From: Mustelus asterias
Lineage: Eukaryota
Assembly (NCBI RefSeq): GCF_964213995.1
Contig: NW_027590175.1
Location: 496,001-560,000 of the forward strand
DNA length: 64,000 bases
Direction: 5' to 3'
In this document: piece by piece, positions 23,350 to 36,514 of the stretch
Layout of the letters: the number at the start of each line of letters is the position of its first letter
How positions within the stretch are numbered: position 1 is the first letter of the stretch
Made by a program: the position numbers and the translations under genes
The notes under the pieces: model-generated
Seen by the model: the letters and a program-made list of their open reading frames with translations, nothing else
The model's database searches: none
Told to the model about the DNA's origin: nothing

Positions 23350-25085
23350 GTGGAGAGATACTCAATGTTTTTTTTTGCATCCGTATTTACTGAGGAAACG
23401 GGCATGGAGTCTACAGAAATAGGGCAAACAGGTAGGGAGGTCATGGAACCTTTACAGATTAAAGGGGAGGAGGTGCTCGCTGTCTTGAGGCAAATCAGAG
23501 TGGATAAATCCCCAGGACCGGACAGGGTATTCCCACGGACCTTGAGGGAAGCTAGTGTTGAACTTGCAGGGGCCCTGGCAGACATATTTAAAATGTCAGT
23601 ATTCACGGGGGAGGTGCCGGATGATTGGAGGGTGGCTCATGTTGTTCCGTTGTTTAAATAATGTTTCAAAAGAAATCCGGGAAATTAGAGGCCAGTAAGT
23701 TGACGTCGGTGGTGGGTAAGCGATTGGAAGGTGTGATAGGGGATAGGATCTACAAATATTTGGATACACAGGGACTTATTAGGGAGAGTCAACATGGCTT
23801 TGTGCGTGGTAGGTCATGTTTGACCAATCTGTTAGAGTTTTTCGAGGAGGTTACCAGGAAAGTGGATGAAGGGAAGGCGGTGGATGTTGTCCACCTGGAT
23901 TTCAGCAAGGCCTTTGACAAGGTCCCTCATGGGAGGTTAGTTAGGAAGGTTCAGTCGCTAGGTATACATGGGGAGGTAGTAAATTGGATTCGACACTGGC
24001 TCAATGGAAGAAGCCAGAGAGTGGTTGTGGAGGATTGCTTCTCTGAGTGGAGGCCTGTGACTTGTGGTGTGCCACAGGGATCGGTGTTGGGTCCATTGTT
24101 GTTTGTCATCTATATCAATGATCTGGATGATAATGTGGTAAATTGGATCAGCAAGTTTGCTGATGATACAAAGATTGGGGGTGTAGTGGACAGTGAGGAA
24201 GGTTTTCAAAGCTTGCAGAGGGATTTGGACCAACTAGAAAAATGGGCCGAAAAATGGCAAATGGAATTTAACGCAGACAAGTGTGAGATATTGCACATTG
24301 GAAGGACAAACCAAAGTAGAACGTACAGAGTAAATGGTAGGACTCTGAAGAGTGCAGTTGAACAGAGGGATCTGGGAATACAGGTACAGAATTCCCTAAA
24401 AGCGACGTCACAGGTGGATAGGGTCGTAAAGAATGCCTTTGGTACATTGGCCTTTATAAATCGGAGTATCGAGTATAAAAGTTGGAGTGTTATGGTAAGG
24501 TTATATAAGGCATTGGTGAGGCTGAATTTGGAGTATTGTGTACAGTTTTGGTCACCTAGTTACAGGAAGGATGTAAATAACGTTGAAAGAGTGCAGAGAA
24601 GGTTCACAAGGATGTTGCCGGGACTTGAGAAGCTGAGTTACAGAGAGAGATTGAATAGGTTGGGACTTTATTCCCTGGAGCGTAGAAGATTGAGGGGAGA
24701 TTTGATAGAGGTGTATAAGATTTTGATGGGTATAGATAGAGTGAATGCAAGCAGGCTTTTTCCGCTGAGGCTAGGGGAGAAAAAACCAGAGGGCATGGGT
24801 TAAGGGTGAAAGGAGAAAAGTTTAAAGGGAATATTAGGGGGAGCTTCTTCGCGCAGAGTGGTGGGAGTGTGGAATGAGCTGCCGGATAAAGTGGTAAATG
24901 TGGGGTCACTTTTAACATTTAAGAAAAACTTGGACGGGTTCATGGATGAGAGGGGTGTGGAGGGATTTGGTACAAGTGCAGGTCAGTGGGACTAGGCAAA
25001 AAATGCTTCGGCACAGACAAGAAGGGCCAAAAGGCCTGTTTCTGAGCTGTAATTTTCTATGGTTTTCTATGGTTTTCTATGGTTC
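23350..25085 (+). mobile_element. CR1 LINE RT region
   Basis: KSPGPD..QHGF..DFSKAFD..GVPQGSVLGP..FADD; tail (ggttttctat)n. Confidence 0.95.
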
Positions 25086-25142
25086 AGACTCACTCTGGTC
25101 ACAATGTTGGCCTAACGCTCTGCTATTTTGTGAGGCTCTGAC

Positions 25143-25181
25143 AGTTTTTGTACAGGTTCAGCCCAGCTCTGTTTCTCTATG
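25143..25181 (-). promoter_or_regulatory. Defective 23-RSS of V2
   Basis: Heptamer CATAGAG (critical CAC broken) + 23 nt + ACAAAAACT. Confidence 0.85.
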
Positions 25182-25485
25182 GGTCTCAATGCGCAGTAAC
25201 ACACGCCAGAGTCTGCCAGCTCCGTTTTAGACACTTTCAGCGGGACGGTGCGGGTTGTATAATTGAGCTCCGCTAAAAAACGGTCCTCTGGGAATCTCTC
25301 TGTGTTCTCGCTGACTCTATGTCTCGTCAGCAGGAACTCCATGGTCCCGCTGGGATATTGACGGTACCAGAATAAGTAAGGGGTGTTGCTTGTAGCTGTA
25401 TAATCACAGAGCAACTGAACATCATCTTCTTCAGTGACGGTGACTGCAGCCGCTGTTTGTGAAACAGAATCTCCTCCACAGTGTC
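25182..25485 (-). CDS. TCR alpha/delta-type V exon (V2), open frame but probably non-rearranging
   Basis: Acceptor ttccag; GHCGGDSVSQT..VQLLCDY..PYLFWYRQYP..RF..VPLKVSKTELADSGVCYCALR; candidate leader MLLFCCVIYL at 25660-25631 runs into TGA with no clean donor. Confidence 0.9.
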
Positions 25486-25834
25486 CTGGAAGAACGCAAA
25501 GAAATATCAAGCTAAACAGTGCGGCTTCGCATTAAACATCACATCCCCCCCTTCCCCCCCCACCCCCCCCCTCTCCCCCACCCCCTCCCCCACTCCCCAG
25601 AATCTGCTGTCATCTTGAGCAATAATCTCAGAGATAAATCACACAGCAGAACAGAAGCATATATTTTTCACAGTTCAGTGGCTGGAAGGGGAAGGTGCTT
25701 GTGGTGATTAAATAACATTTCCACCATAAACACCGTACGTTCTAACGAGATCAGTTCCATGTCTTCAGTTCCTGTAACTGGAAACTGCTCACGGTCTGTC
25801 TATTTGAAGTTTGATGTTTGCCAAAGTTATTCGC

Positions 25835-25842
25835 TGATGTCA
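25835..25842. promoter_or_regulatory. CRE-like TGATGTCA upstream of V2
   Basis: Matches the core of the CRE-like decamer known from TCR V promoters; ~175 bp upstream of the candidate ATG. Confidence 0.4.
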
Positions 25843-27589
25843 GAAGAGCTTGAATCCCAGTCCAAACTATTCTCCCTCGTTCCCTTGGGGAAATGTGTCG
25901 AATCCCAACAGTGTTCAGCGTTGAGGCCAGCGAGAACGGGATAACTTTTCCATGTTGAGATCAATACATTCCCTGATCATCTACCCCTACCCCTTTGTAT
26001 TGAGCGAACCGCCTGACTGAATATGGTATGTGGCAATGATGTATCACACAGAATTGAGCAACTTGTGAACCTACCGGTTAAAAGAGTCGCCGCTGTGAGG
26101 AATAAATACAGAGTAACAGGAGATATGTTTGCAGAGAGCTCGCGGCAGATTTGGCCAGAAGGGGTTGAAGCTGAAATTGTTTCCGTCAACAGTTGGGAAG
26201 AAGTTGAGTCATATCCGGGCCCCTGTTGATTGGTTCGCTGCTGAAAACATCATCAGATAACATCCAATCGGCTTCAAGCTCCCTTGTTCTCCAATTCAAG
26301 CAATGATCTCACAGCTCTTTTATCTCCAATTCAACCCATCGGTGAAGAGACGAAAGAAACAAAGTAAATTTGGTCAACCCACGACAGGGGATTACTTTTC
26401 CCTTGAGGCGTCATTTCAGGCACTGACAGGTCACCTGAGTTTTGATGGCTCCGTTAAGGCTGCAGAGTGATAATATTCAACATTGCAGCAACATGACAAG
26501 CAGTTTGTGATCAATCAAATTTGGGATAGCCGCTATGGTGCGGGGAGGATGAATGTTGAGCTGAAATATCTACTTCATAAGAAGTGACAAAACAATGAAT
26601 GGTCTGAGATATTTCCATATGATGTTCCCTCAATTTGTAAATTTGCAGTGTGTGAAATCTTCTTTCAGAGTGGAGGAAAACTTGCCTCCCCATTGGACTG
26701 CTGATCCAAACAGTGCCAAACAGAAAATAGCAGCAAAGATGAATATCTAAATGAAATCTCTGCTAAAACAGCACAGGTGAGATTGATCAGAGTTAGAACA
26801 GCACAGGAAAGCTGTGGGCAGAAGCTGCCATCGGCAGCGTGGTCACGGGTAGGATTTATCTGCAAAGAGCTGAACTCAATAACAATGTTACTTTGGAAAT
26901 TCTATAACTTTGCTTCTCTGTAAGAGCGGTAGCTGAATTTTCATTCCAGACTGCGGCCACCAGGCTCGCACCAAGAGTGTGAGGGTTAGTAAACGATTCA
27001 ATACAAAGCGAAATCTTTATCAGTCATGTGGATGGAAAGTGGGACCAAATAGCTGAGTAGCAGATTGGAGAGTTTCTGAATTAATGTACAAGGTGACAGA
27101 AAAAGCACTAAATGTTTACGTTTAAGTCTGAGAAATGGAAATGGGCATAGTTTTCAAAAATCAGTAAAGCCAAGAGCAGTCAGGAACAAATAGGCAGAGA
27201 AAGGTGTGGAAAACCACTTAATGTATCTCAGATCGATTGAGCAATCCTTTATCAATTAGGTTGATTTGCCATGTTAAATTAACCCGACTGTAAGGGGGAT
27301 TAGCAGGGTAAATATGTGGGGTTGCGGCAAGAGGGCCTGTGTTGGATTGTGGTCGACGCAGACTCGATGGGCTGAATGGCCTCCGTCTGCACTGTAGGGA
27401 TTCTATGATTCTACAACTGTAAGTTAAGATTATCAATTAATATAACTGTGCAACTGGACCACACCAGTTGCTGTTTTTTGAGTGTTTTTGTGTTGCAATG
27501 TTAAGAATCTCCGTCACTCTGTGGAAACTGAATTTGCCGTGTGTGTGTGAGCGCACCCTGCTGGGCACTAACTGGAACTGCCAGTGTCG

Positions 27590-28132
27590 GGTTTTTGTAC
27601 CGCATTCGATATATCTCTGCAGCAGTGTGGACTCCATGGCACAGAAATACTGTCGCAAATCAGTGCGTTCATGATCGTTAGCTCGCTAGTATTGTTATTT
27701 TAAAATCAAATTGAGTAGAAAACCGATCATTGATGTCGGTGTTCCTTTGCACATTCTCTCCAATAAGCTGAAACATGTCCACTGGCGCTTTCACAGAGTG
27801 CTGACTGTGCCAATACACAAAAAGATTAGGATAGCTAGTTTCTAAGGCACAGGTTAGTGTCACAGTACTTTCCGCTTTAACGGATATTTCAGGACCCAGT
27901 TGACCCACTTTGTCCTGGTGGCTCCATTCTAACAGGAATAACAACAATAATGACAATCAGAGTCAGCCTCATATTGAGCAATACAATTATCATCTTCACC
28001 ATCACTGTTGTTTTAGCAACAATAACATCTGGGTTGCAGCAGTCAGGAGGAGCATGTAGTTTTACTGGGAAGGAAAAAAACCTGACTGAGGAGTGAGATA
28101 AAGATGAGGGTCTGAGCGAGCCAGTTCTCCAT
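27590..28132 (-). pseudogene. TCR V segment pseudogene (V3) with leader exon and RSS
   Basis: Leader MENWLAQTLIFISLL from 28132; V exon from 27928 WSHQDKVGQ..VTLTC..VYW..DRFS; frameshifts before YFCAME; RSS CACACTG (27623-27629) + 24 nt + ACAAAAACC. Confidence 0.88.
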
Positions 28133-28219
28133 GATCCTCCCTGAGTCTGTAACTCAGCAGTGAGAGAAATCCTCTGTCAGAGACAGAAATACAGATCCCC
28201 GTCCCATTGCACAGCTCAT

Positions 28220-28300
28220 CGAACCAATGAGAGGAATGGCGCAACGTCAGCAATCTGTCCAATCACACAATCGGGTCAGAGTGAGAGCACCAATCGGACG
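28220..28300. promoter_or_regulatory. Candidate V3 promoter: clustered CCAAT boxes and TGACGT half-CRE
   Basis: accaatga, caacgtca, tccaatca and accaatcg within 80 bp upstream of the leader. Confidence 0.45.
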
Positions 28301-29449
28301 CTGTGGGTGGGAATACTGCAGACTCAATATTGAGTGAAGTGTGCGGTGATTCTCAGCTGCACTCAGAACTGTTCGGGCGGAAATAGCGCCAGTTCAATTT
28401 ACAGAAGTCTCTGATCATCCTGCGCCTGCTCATTGTTCAGGTGTCTAACAATAAATAAAGCGACTGCGACATGAAGCAACAAGAATCATAGAATCTTTGA
28501 TTAGCGAATGAGGTCATTCCGCATATCTATGTCTCCTTGGAGGAGTTCTCCAAATCATCCAATTCTCCCTGCAGCTCCATGAAATCTCTATCTCACTAAC
28601 GTTGCTCTAAAGAGTACAGTCCCGGTCTCTATAACCTCACCACAAAACTGAATTTCCTCATCCCTGGACATGATGCTAGGCGAATGATTGAGCGGAGATT
28701 TTAGAAAATATTGTCATTTGGCAGGTGGGGAAAATGGAGATGGAATCAAACCAGAAAACACTGTCAAGCTTTGCGAATCTTTAGAAACTCTTTGGGAACC
28801 AGAACCAGAGGAGATTGAAGGGTGAACTGTCTGACAGTTGGAGGAGAGTTGGATCCCGGTGAATGGATGTGTCTGCAATGGATGGGCTCTGACTGTTAGA
28901 CTTAACTAACCCATTAGAAATCCATTCAATAATTCCATTCTCACAAACTCATTAATTATTCTCTCACACAGTGAGAGAGACAGGGAAAAGCAGCAATCTT
29001 CCAGCCCCCACTCTCCAAAGATCCCCTGCCAGCAAAAAGGACTGGCGACTAAGCTGTTTCTGTTTTCTATGAAATGGTGAAGAGTAAATATTAAATATTT
29101 CGATTGATACCCAATTCAGTTCACATTTAACAATAAACTTGAATTCGGAAACTTCAGAGCAGTGAGTTTTGACAACATTTCTGCCCCGTTTAGCGCCTGA
29201 GACCTGCGCAAATATGAATAGAATGTGATTATCCCTTCAATACACAAAGTCCGCTCAGGGTAAAAGCGACTAGATGGTCAAACAGTGCAGTCTGATTTAA
29301 CTTTATAACCTGATTTGTGGCAGTACATTTCGGCTAAAAAACCTTTTTCATGCGGCAGCGAAATTCATCTTACATTAGAATCAGTAAATGACATTTGTGC
29401 CATTTTTTCTCTTTTACCATGTCTGGGTGGCGAGGGAGGGGGGAGGGTG

Positions 29450-29720
29450 GTTGCACTGTGGAACAGTAGTTAACACTGCCATCTCACAGTGCTAATGATC
29501 GATTCCTGGATTGGGTCTCTGTCTATTTGACGTTTGCACTTTCTCCCCGTGTTTGCATGAGTTTCCTTTGAATCGTCCGGTTTCTTCTCACAGCCGGAAA
29601 GACGTGCTGGTTCGGTGCATTGACCCGAACAACCGCCGGAGTTTGGCGACCAGAGAATTTGACAGTGTCTTCGTTACAGTGTTAATGTAAGCCTTACATG
29701 TGACTAATAAATAAACTTTA
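29450..29720 (+). mobile_element. tRNA-derived SINE (taataaataaac tail type)
   Basis: Same layout as 2281-2590. Confidence 0.75.
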
Positions 29721-29993
29721 TTTTAACTGAGCATTTTGCAGAATATCATTTCACACTTGGGAAGTGCAACTGCAGTTAGACTGAGAGATAATGTTTTCTT
29801 TCAATATTTAATAACAAAAGAAAATGAGGTAACGTTTCCTCACACTGAGAGATGAGTTAGTTAGTTTCCTATTTCACACAGGAAACCTTTCATATGTTAG
29901 GTGAATGTATAAAACACCACACTTCAGAAATTCTGAAGTACAATCAAACTGCACGGTTCGACACTCCAGTCTCTGGCAGAGTTGTAGAGCATC

Positions 29994-30065
29994 GTTTCTG
30001 TCTGTAATAAGTATCACATTCACCTAAACACACGAAAGATTCCCGATTCGGAAACGGGAGGAAAC
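29994..30065 (+). pseudogene. tRNA-Val pseudogene (further minus-strand remnants ~29177-29245 and ~29865-29930)
   Basis: gtttctgtctgtaataagtatcacattcacctaaacacacgaaagattcccgattcggaaacgggaggaaac. Confidence 0.6.
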
Positions 30066-30575
30066 ATTTGTAGATACGTTTCACCTCGGAGTGAGGAAAA
30101 TAGAAATAATTCACGTTTATTGCTGAATATTAGCTGAATACAGTAACTTACACGATGTTACATTTCGCCTTCCCCTCCACATTTCTGTACACACTCAAAC
30201 CCGACAGAATATCTTTAACTGGCTCCCGTTTCCAGCTCTGTCAGTTCAGAAAGCTTCTCTCAAACTTCCACATTCGGGCTTTTTCTTTTGGTCATTCGTG
30301 AAACATTGGCGTCGCTGGCCAACATTTAATGCCCATCCCGAGTTGAGTTGCAAGCATATTGCTGTGGCTCTGGATTCACAAGTAGGCCAGACAAGAACAG
30401 CAGATTTCCTTCCTAAAATACATGAGTGAACCATATGGGTTCCTCCAACAGTCGGAAATTGTTTCATGGTCATCAATGCGAGGTTTTATTTATTGAATTC
30501 AAATTCCACTACCGACCGTAACCGTCCCCAAAATGGTAGCTGGTCAAGCGATAGTAGCACCAACAGCATCTCACG

Positions 30576-30670
30576 TGCTGCAGGTGAGGCTCGAACTCAC
30601 AACCCCGGCATGGCCCGCTGGCTGTACTGCTCTATAAGTACCGCGCGCTAACCGATTGCGCCACTGGAGC
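30576..30670 (-). tRNA. tRNA-Ile(TAT) with 21-nt intron (30612-30632)
   Basis: rc GCTCCAGTGGCGCAATCGGTTAGCGCGCGGTACTTATA[intron]ATGCCGGGGTTGTGAGTTCGAGCCTCACCTGCAGCA; C4-C69 mismatch. Confidence 0.85.
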
Positions 30671-31610
30671 ACTGCGTCAGGCTGATTTTTGTCAGATTAT
30701 TAAAGACTTCTACAGCGTCACCTCCGTTAACAACAGTCATTCGAGGCAACATAGACGGGGAACAAACGCATCAATTATTCTCTCTTCACCAGCTCCACAG
30801 TAAGTGAGACAGGGACAAGCAGCAGCATTTTACCCCGCATTCTCCAATCATCCATCCGCTGCCAGCAGAAAAGCGGCGACTGCCGCTTCAATTAGTGGGT
30901 TACCGCCCATCCCTGGGACAGAAGATTCAACCCCGTTCAAACCTCGCAATACACAGAACACAAGCTCAGCAAAACGTTTATGGATTATATCCCGCTCACT
31001 GAACCTTCGAGTATCATTTAAACAGTATCCGAGTGAGTCACAAACAATATTCAAACCAACTTTCCAAAACGTTTCAGTAGTAGATTCCTCCATTTGATTG
31101 AAAAGCTGAGTGTTGTGAATCTGGAAATGAACACCATGGGGTTTATGTTACCCAAATAATATTAGTCCGTCAGGTTTCCAATTCCATTTGAGTTGTATAT
31201 TGAAGCGAATCTCATTTCAAAATGAGGAGAAAACAAGGAAAATATTAAATCTTGGAACAAATCCTGAGAGAAATGGGTTACAATATTTGGATGCAGGTGC
31301 AGCTGTGAATGGTGTTATTGATGATTGAGTGGAAACTATTGGATCCTTGGGCTTCTGGTGGTCAGTTCCCTTCCCTCCCGTTGAATTCCCCCCTGTGATA
31401 AGAGACATGGATTCATTTTACCTACACGTTCATAGGAAAAAGAGAATAACCAACACACTACAGAAATGCTGCGGGATCAACGTCACCAAAGAGACTTATA
31501 TAGAATTCTAAACGGTGCGGTCATGCTGCAGTTCTGGAACAGGTTTTGTAGAAAGAGAATTGTGCTTATTGACACCTTAGCTTAGAATATCGTTAGCAGT
31601 TGCTGTCTGA

Positions 31611-31684
31611 GTCTCTGTGGCGCAATCGGTCAGCGCGTTCAGCTGTTAACCGGAAGGTTGGTGGTTCGAGACCACCCAGGGACG
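31611..31684 (+). tRNA. tRNA-Asn(GTT), weakened anticodon stem
   Basis: gtctctgtggcgcaatcggtcagcgcgttcagctgttaaccggaaggttggtggttcgagaccacccagggacg; A30-C40 mismatch. Confidence 0.75.
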
Positions 31685-33049
31685 GGTGATTTTACTGTTT
31701 TCTCACCATCTGCATTCATAGGCAAACAGTTGTGTGTTGGCAATGGGTCCGTGGTGGTTCATAAAAAATAGCTCTCAAGTGTTACCGGCTGTACTGTTAT
31801 CTGTTATCACCAACATTATTGAATGACAATTGACTTCAGACATATTACATATAATATTATATACATGCTTCCATTATACCATTAAGCTTAAAAATTAGAA
31901 TGGAAACATTAATTTGTGGCTGAGCATTTGTTCCAATTCCATATCCCTGCTTCCATTCATTCCTGAATAGATCATAAATCTATCCAACCCGAACTGAAAT
32001 GTGTTCAATGATGGAACATCTACAACCCTCTGGCATAGAGAATTCCCCAAATTCACTATCCTTTGAGTGAAGAAATGTCTGCTCCTCGCAGTCTTAAATC
32101 ATCAGCGCCTTATCCTGAGATTGTACCCCCGTGCTTTAGATTCCCGGACCAGGGAAAATAATGTCTCAGCATCCACCCTATCAAACTCATAGAATGATAG
32201 AATCCCTGCAGTTTTTCAATGTTATCTATTCTTTCTCGTTAAAGCTGTTGAGATTTTCCAGCTTTTTCTGTTCTTGATTCAGATTCCAAGATCCTCAGAT
32301 TTTGCTTTTATTTTGTCTAAAATGGGGAGATGCAAACTGAACACACTATTCCAAATGTGGTCTCAACAAAACCCTGAATAACTGTAGCAAGACTTCAAAC
32401 ACTTCAAAACTTAACTCCGTGCTCATGGCTGGAAGGAGAGCGTGACAGTCGATAATTGGCACTGTGTACGTTCCTGCAATCAGGAACTGGATCAGGATGA
32501 TGAGATATCTGTGTCTCCTTATACTGTTATCTCTAAACTCCATCTCCTCTCAATGCCGTGTGTCATACATTCGCTTACCTTGCTTTCCAGGTAAAGATCG
32601 GGTTCACCAACTCTCTGTGTCTGTATCGAGCAGCTAACTGACCCTGGGAAATGGACAATCAGAGGGAGCTGGATGAGAGGCAGCGACAGAAACAGGAAGA
32701 GAAGCGACAGGATAATGTTTCATAAATGAGTTCTGCCAGTTGCTCTCCGTGGTGAATGTCTGCCGTGTGTTACCTTGCAAGTTTCACAGATGCCACAGTG
32801 ATGAGTTTGGTGGGTTTTGGAAATTGAAAGTGCCACATGACCAGCTGCGGGACTATTTCACCTCACGGTCGATTTCATGTTGCAGCTAACAGGTTTCGCT
32901 GTTTTCATTGGCTGAACAGTCCCTTGGGTTCGATCTAAACATGACAATTTAAAGGAGAAACTTGTTTTTTGTGAATAAAGAATCTGAAATAAAAATAAAA
33001 GACAGAAGGCTCATGGATAAATCAATCTTTGAAAGAGTTTAGTCTAGCT

Positions 33050-33121
33050 TCCCTGGTGGTCTAGTGGTTAGGATTCGGCGCTCTCACCGCCGCGGCCCGG
33101 GTTCGATTCCCGGTCAAGGAA
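33050..33121 (+). tRNA. tRNA-Glu(CTC)
   Basis: Matches the vertebrate Glu-CTC consensus except G69>A (C4-A69 mismatch). Confidence 0.85.
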
Positions 33122-33299
33122 AGTAGATTTATTGCTGCGTAAAAATCCTGCGTGACTTCCAGGTTTGTACCAGTTCTGTGAGAATCAGTAGCAGGCAGAT
33201 TTCCTCTTTTGTGTCTGAATTGGAAATGTCACATGTCAAGAAAAAAAAGAGAGAAATAGGATACAAAGCGCTGACGATATAGATGGTGATATACAGGGA

Positions 33300-35392
33300 C
33301 TGGGAACGTCCGACATGTGGAGTTTTTTCAAGGAGCAGCTACTGCGAGTCTGTGATAGGTATGTCCCTGTCAGGCAAGGAGGAATTGGTAGGGAACCGTG
33401 GTGCACCAAAAAAGTTTCTTTGTTGGTTAAAAAGAAAAAGGAGGCTTATGTTCGGATGAGACGTGAGCACTCGGGTAGTGCACTAGAAAGCTTTAGATTG
33501 GCTAGGAGGGAGTTGAAGAGCGAGCTTAGAAGGGCTAAAAGGGGACATGAGAAGACTTTGGCGGATAGGGTTAAAGAGAATCCTAAGGCGTTCTATAGGT
33601 ATGTCAAGAACAGAAGGTTGGTTAGGGCAAGTTTAGGGCCAGTTATAGATGGCAGAGGGAAGTTATGTGTGGAACCGGAGGAGATTGGTGAAGCATTGAA
33701 CCAATATTTCTCTTCGGTGTTCACGCAAGGGGACAAGAATATAGCTGAGGAGGACACTGGGTTGCAGGGGAGTAGAATTGACAGTATTACAGTTGATAAG
33801 GAGGATGTGCAGGATATTCTGGAGGGTCTGAAAATAGATAAATCCCCTGGTCCGGATGGGATTTATCCAAGGATTCTCTGGGAGGCAAGAGAAGTGATTG
33901 CAGAGCCTCTGGCTCTGATCTTCAGGTCGTCGTTGGCCTCTGGTATAGTACCAGAAGATTGGAGGTTAGCGAATGTTGTCCCATTGTTTAAGAAGGGGAA
34001 CAGAGACTTCCCCGGGAATTATAGACCGGTGAGTCTCACTTCTGTTGTCGGCAAGATGTTGGAAAAAATTATAAGGGATAGGATTTATAGTTATTTGGAG
34101 AGTAATGAATTGATAGGTGATAGTCAGCATGGTTTTGTGGCAGGTAGGTCGTGCCTTACTAACCTTATTGAGTTTTTTGAGAAAGTGACCAAGGAGGTGG
34201 ATGGGGGCAAGGCAGTGGACGTGGTATATATGGATTTTAGCAAGGCGTTTGATAAGGTTCACCATGGTAGGCTTCTGCAGAAAATGCAGATGTATGGGAT
34301 TGGGGGTGATCTAGGAAATTGGATCAGGAATTGGCTAGCGGATAGGAAACAGAGGGTGGTGGTTGATAGTAAATATTCATCATGGAGTGCGGTTACAAGT
34401 GGTGTACCTCAGGGATCTGTTTTGGGGCCACTGCTGTTTGTAATATTTATTAATGACCTGGATGAGGGTATAGTTGGGTGGATTAGCAAATTTGCTGATG
34501 ACACCAAAGTCGGTGGTGTGGTAGACAGTGAGGAAGGGTGTCGTAGTTTGCAGGAAGACTTAGACAGGTTGCAATGTTGGGCCGAGAGGTGGCGGATGGA
34601 GTTTAATGCGGAGAAGTGTGAGGTAATTCACTTTGGTAGGAATAACAGATGTGTTGAGTATAGGGCTAACGGGAGGACTTTGAATAGTGTGGAGGAGCAG
34701 AGGGATCTAGGTGTATGTGTACATAGATCCCTGAAAGTTGGGAATCAAGTAGATAAGGTTGTTAAGAAGGCATATGGTGTCTTGGCGTTTATTGGTAGGG
34801 GGATTGAATTTAGGAGTCGTAGCGTTATGTTGCAACTGTACACAACTCTGGTGCGAGCGCACTTGGAGTACTGTGTGCAGTTCTGGTCCCCACATTACAG
34901 GAAGGATGTGGAGGCTTTGGAGAGGGTGCAGAGGAGGTTTACCAGGATGTTGCCTGGTATGGAGGGGAGATCCTATGAGGAGAGGCTGAGGGATTTGGGA
35001 TTGTTTTCGCTGGAAAGGCGGCGGCTAAGAGGGGATCTTATTGAAACATATAAGATGATTAGAGGTTTAGATAGGGTGGATAGTGATAGCCTTTTTCCTC
35101 TGATGGAGAAATCCAGCACGAGGGGGCATGGCTTTAAATTGAGGGGGGTAGTTATAGGACCGATGTCAGGGGTAGGTTCTTTACCCAGAGAGTGGTGAGG
35201 GATTGGAATGCCCTGCCAGCATCAGTTGTAAATGCGCCTAGTTTGGGGGCGTTTAAGAGAGCCGTAGATAGATTCATGGACGAAAAGAAATTGGTTTAGG
35301 TTGGAGGTCACAGTGTTTTTTTTTGTAACTGGTCGGTGCAACATCGTGGGCCGAAGGGCCTGTTCTGCGCTGTAATGTTCTATGTTCTATGT
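33300..35392 (+). mobile_element. Young CR1 LINE, ~2.1 kb, uninterrupted RT domain, 5'-truncated
   Basis: 627-aa ORF with all RT motifs; frameshift only near the C-terminus; (ctatgtt)n tail. Confidence 0.97.
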
Positions 35393-35819
35393 GGGCTAAG
35401 ATCTGGTTGTTGATGGAGTAGATTTTATTGTTTCCACTGACACAAATACCTCGCAGGTCTGGGTCCAAATCTCGGACTCAGTGACAAGAAGACCTTTAAT
35501 TGTAACTCTCCGACCTCCAGTGAAGTGGAGGCAGTTTTCACTCAGAAAGCAGTAACTGTGAGATTAACAGCGCGGGATGGAGAAAGACTCAGTTTGAGCG
35601 GTGACGCTGCTGGAGGAATGGAGAGCTGGAGTTCACCCAGAAAAGTAGCAAAGTTGCTTCTTCTGTACAAACCTCCTTCTGTACAAACAGTGGCCCCCAA
35701 CTTGGGGCTGGAACCCACCGTCCATTAACGCTGATAAGTTAATGTTGATCAGCAGAATTACCACAACATGGTATATCACAGGTTGGTACTAACACTGCAG
35801 TAAAATTAAATGCAGTAGA

Positions 35820-36130
35820 ATAGGACGGCATGGTTTCACAGTGGTTCGCAATGATGCCTCACAGCGCCAGTGGCTCAGGTTAAATTTCTCGGATCACTCT
35901 TTCCGGAGTTTGAACGTTTTCCCCGTGTCTGCGTGGGATTCCTCTGTGTGCTCCGGTTTCCTTTCCAAACATGTGTGAGTTCGGTTGCTTGGCCATGCTA
36001 AATTGACCCGCCTGTCAGCGGGATTATCTGGGTAAATATGTGGGTTTCCGGGAATAGGGCGTGGGTGGGATCGTTGTCGGTGCGCACTCGATGGGCCGAC
36101 CGACCTCCTTCTCTACAATAGGAATTCTCC
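35820..36130 (+). mobile_element. HE1-like SINE
   Basis: ggacggcatggtttcacagtgg head, V core, gatgggccga tail. Confidence 0.8.
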
Positions 36131-36336
36131 GAGAATATCTCATTATTCATTTTGACTTGAGGAACCAAAAGAGGCAATGCAAATACAAATTGTTGTGGGT
36201 AATTGACGGGTTTGTGGAATGGGACGGATTTTTCTCTGTACTGTTGAAACTGGCACCAATATCACTCCTGTTTTCGACCAGGAAGTAATTCCAATTCCAC
36301 TTAAATCATGTGCTGCAAGAAAACAATAAATCTTGA

Positions 36337-36402
36337 TTTCCTGACCAGGAATCGAACCGCTGCGGTGAAAGCGCCACATCCTCACCACGAGATCACCAAG
36401 GA
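36337..36402 (-). pseudogene. tRNA-Glu(TTC) pseudogene (other Glu remnants ~2741-2790, 4735-4795, 38155-38215, 39792-39840, 48910-48957, 49627-49697, 50986-51058)
   Basis: rc tccttggtgatctcgtggtgaggatgtggcgctttcaccgcagcggttcgattcctggtcagg. Confidence 0.75.
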
Positions 36403-36514
36403 AACTGCCTGCAAGTATTTTAATCTATCCGATCCATGCTAACTTGGCGCTTTGTTTCGATTTCAGCATTTTTCTGTATACCAGGGACAAGTCTGTCTGA
36501 CAAGTGCCTCCTGA

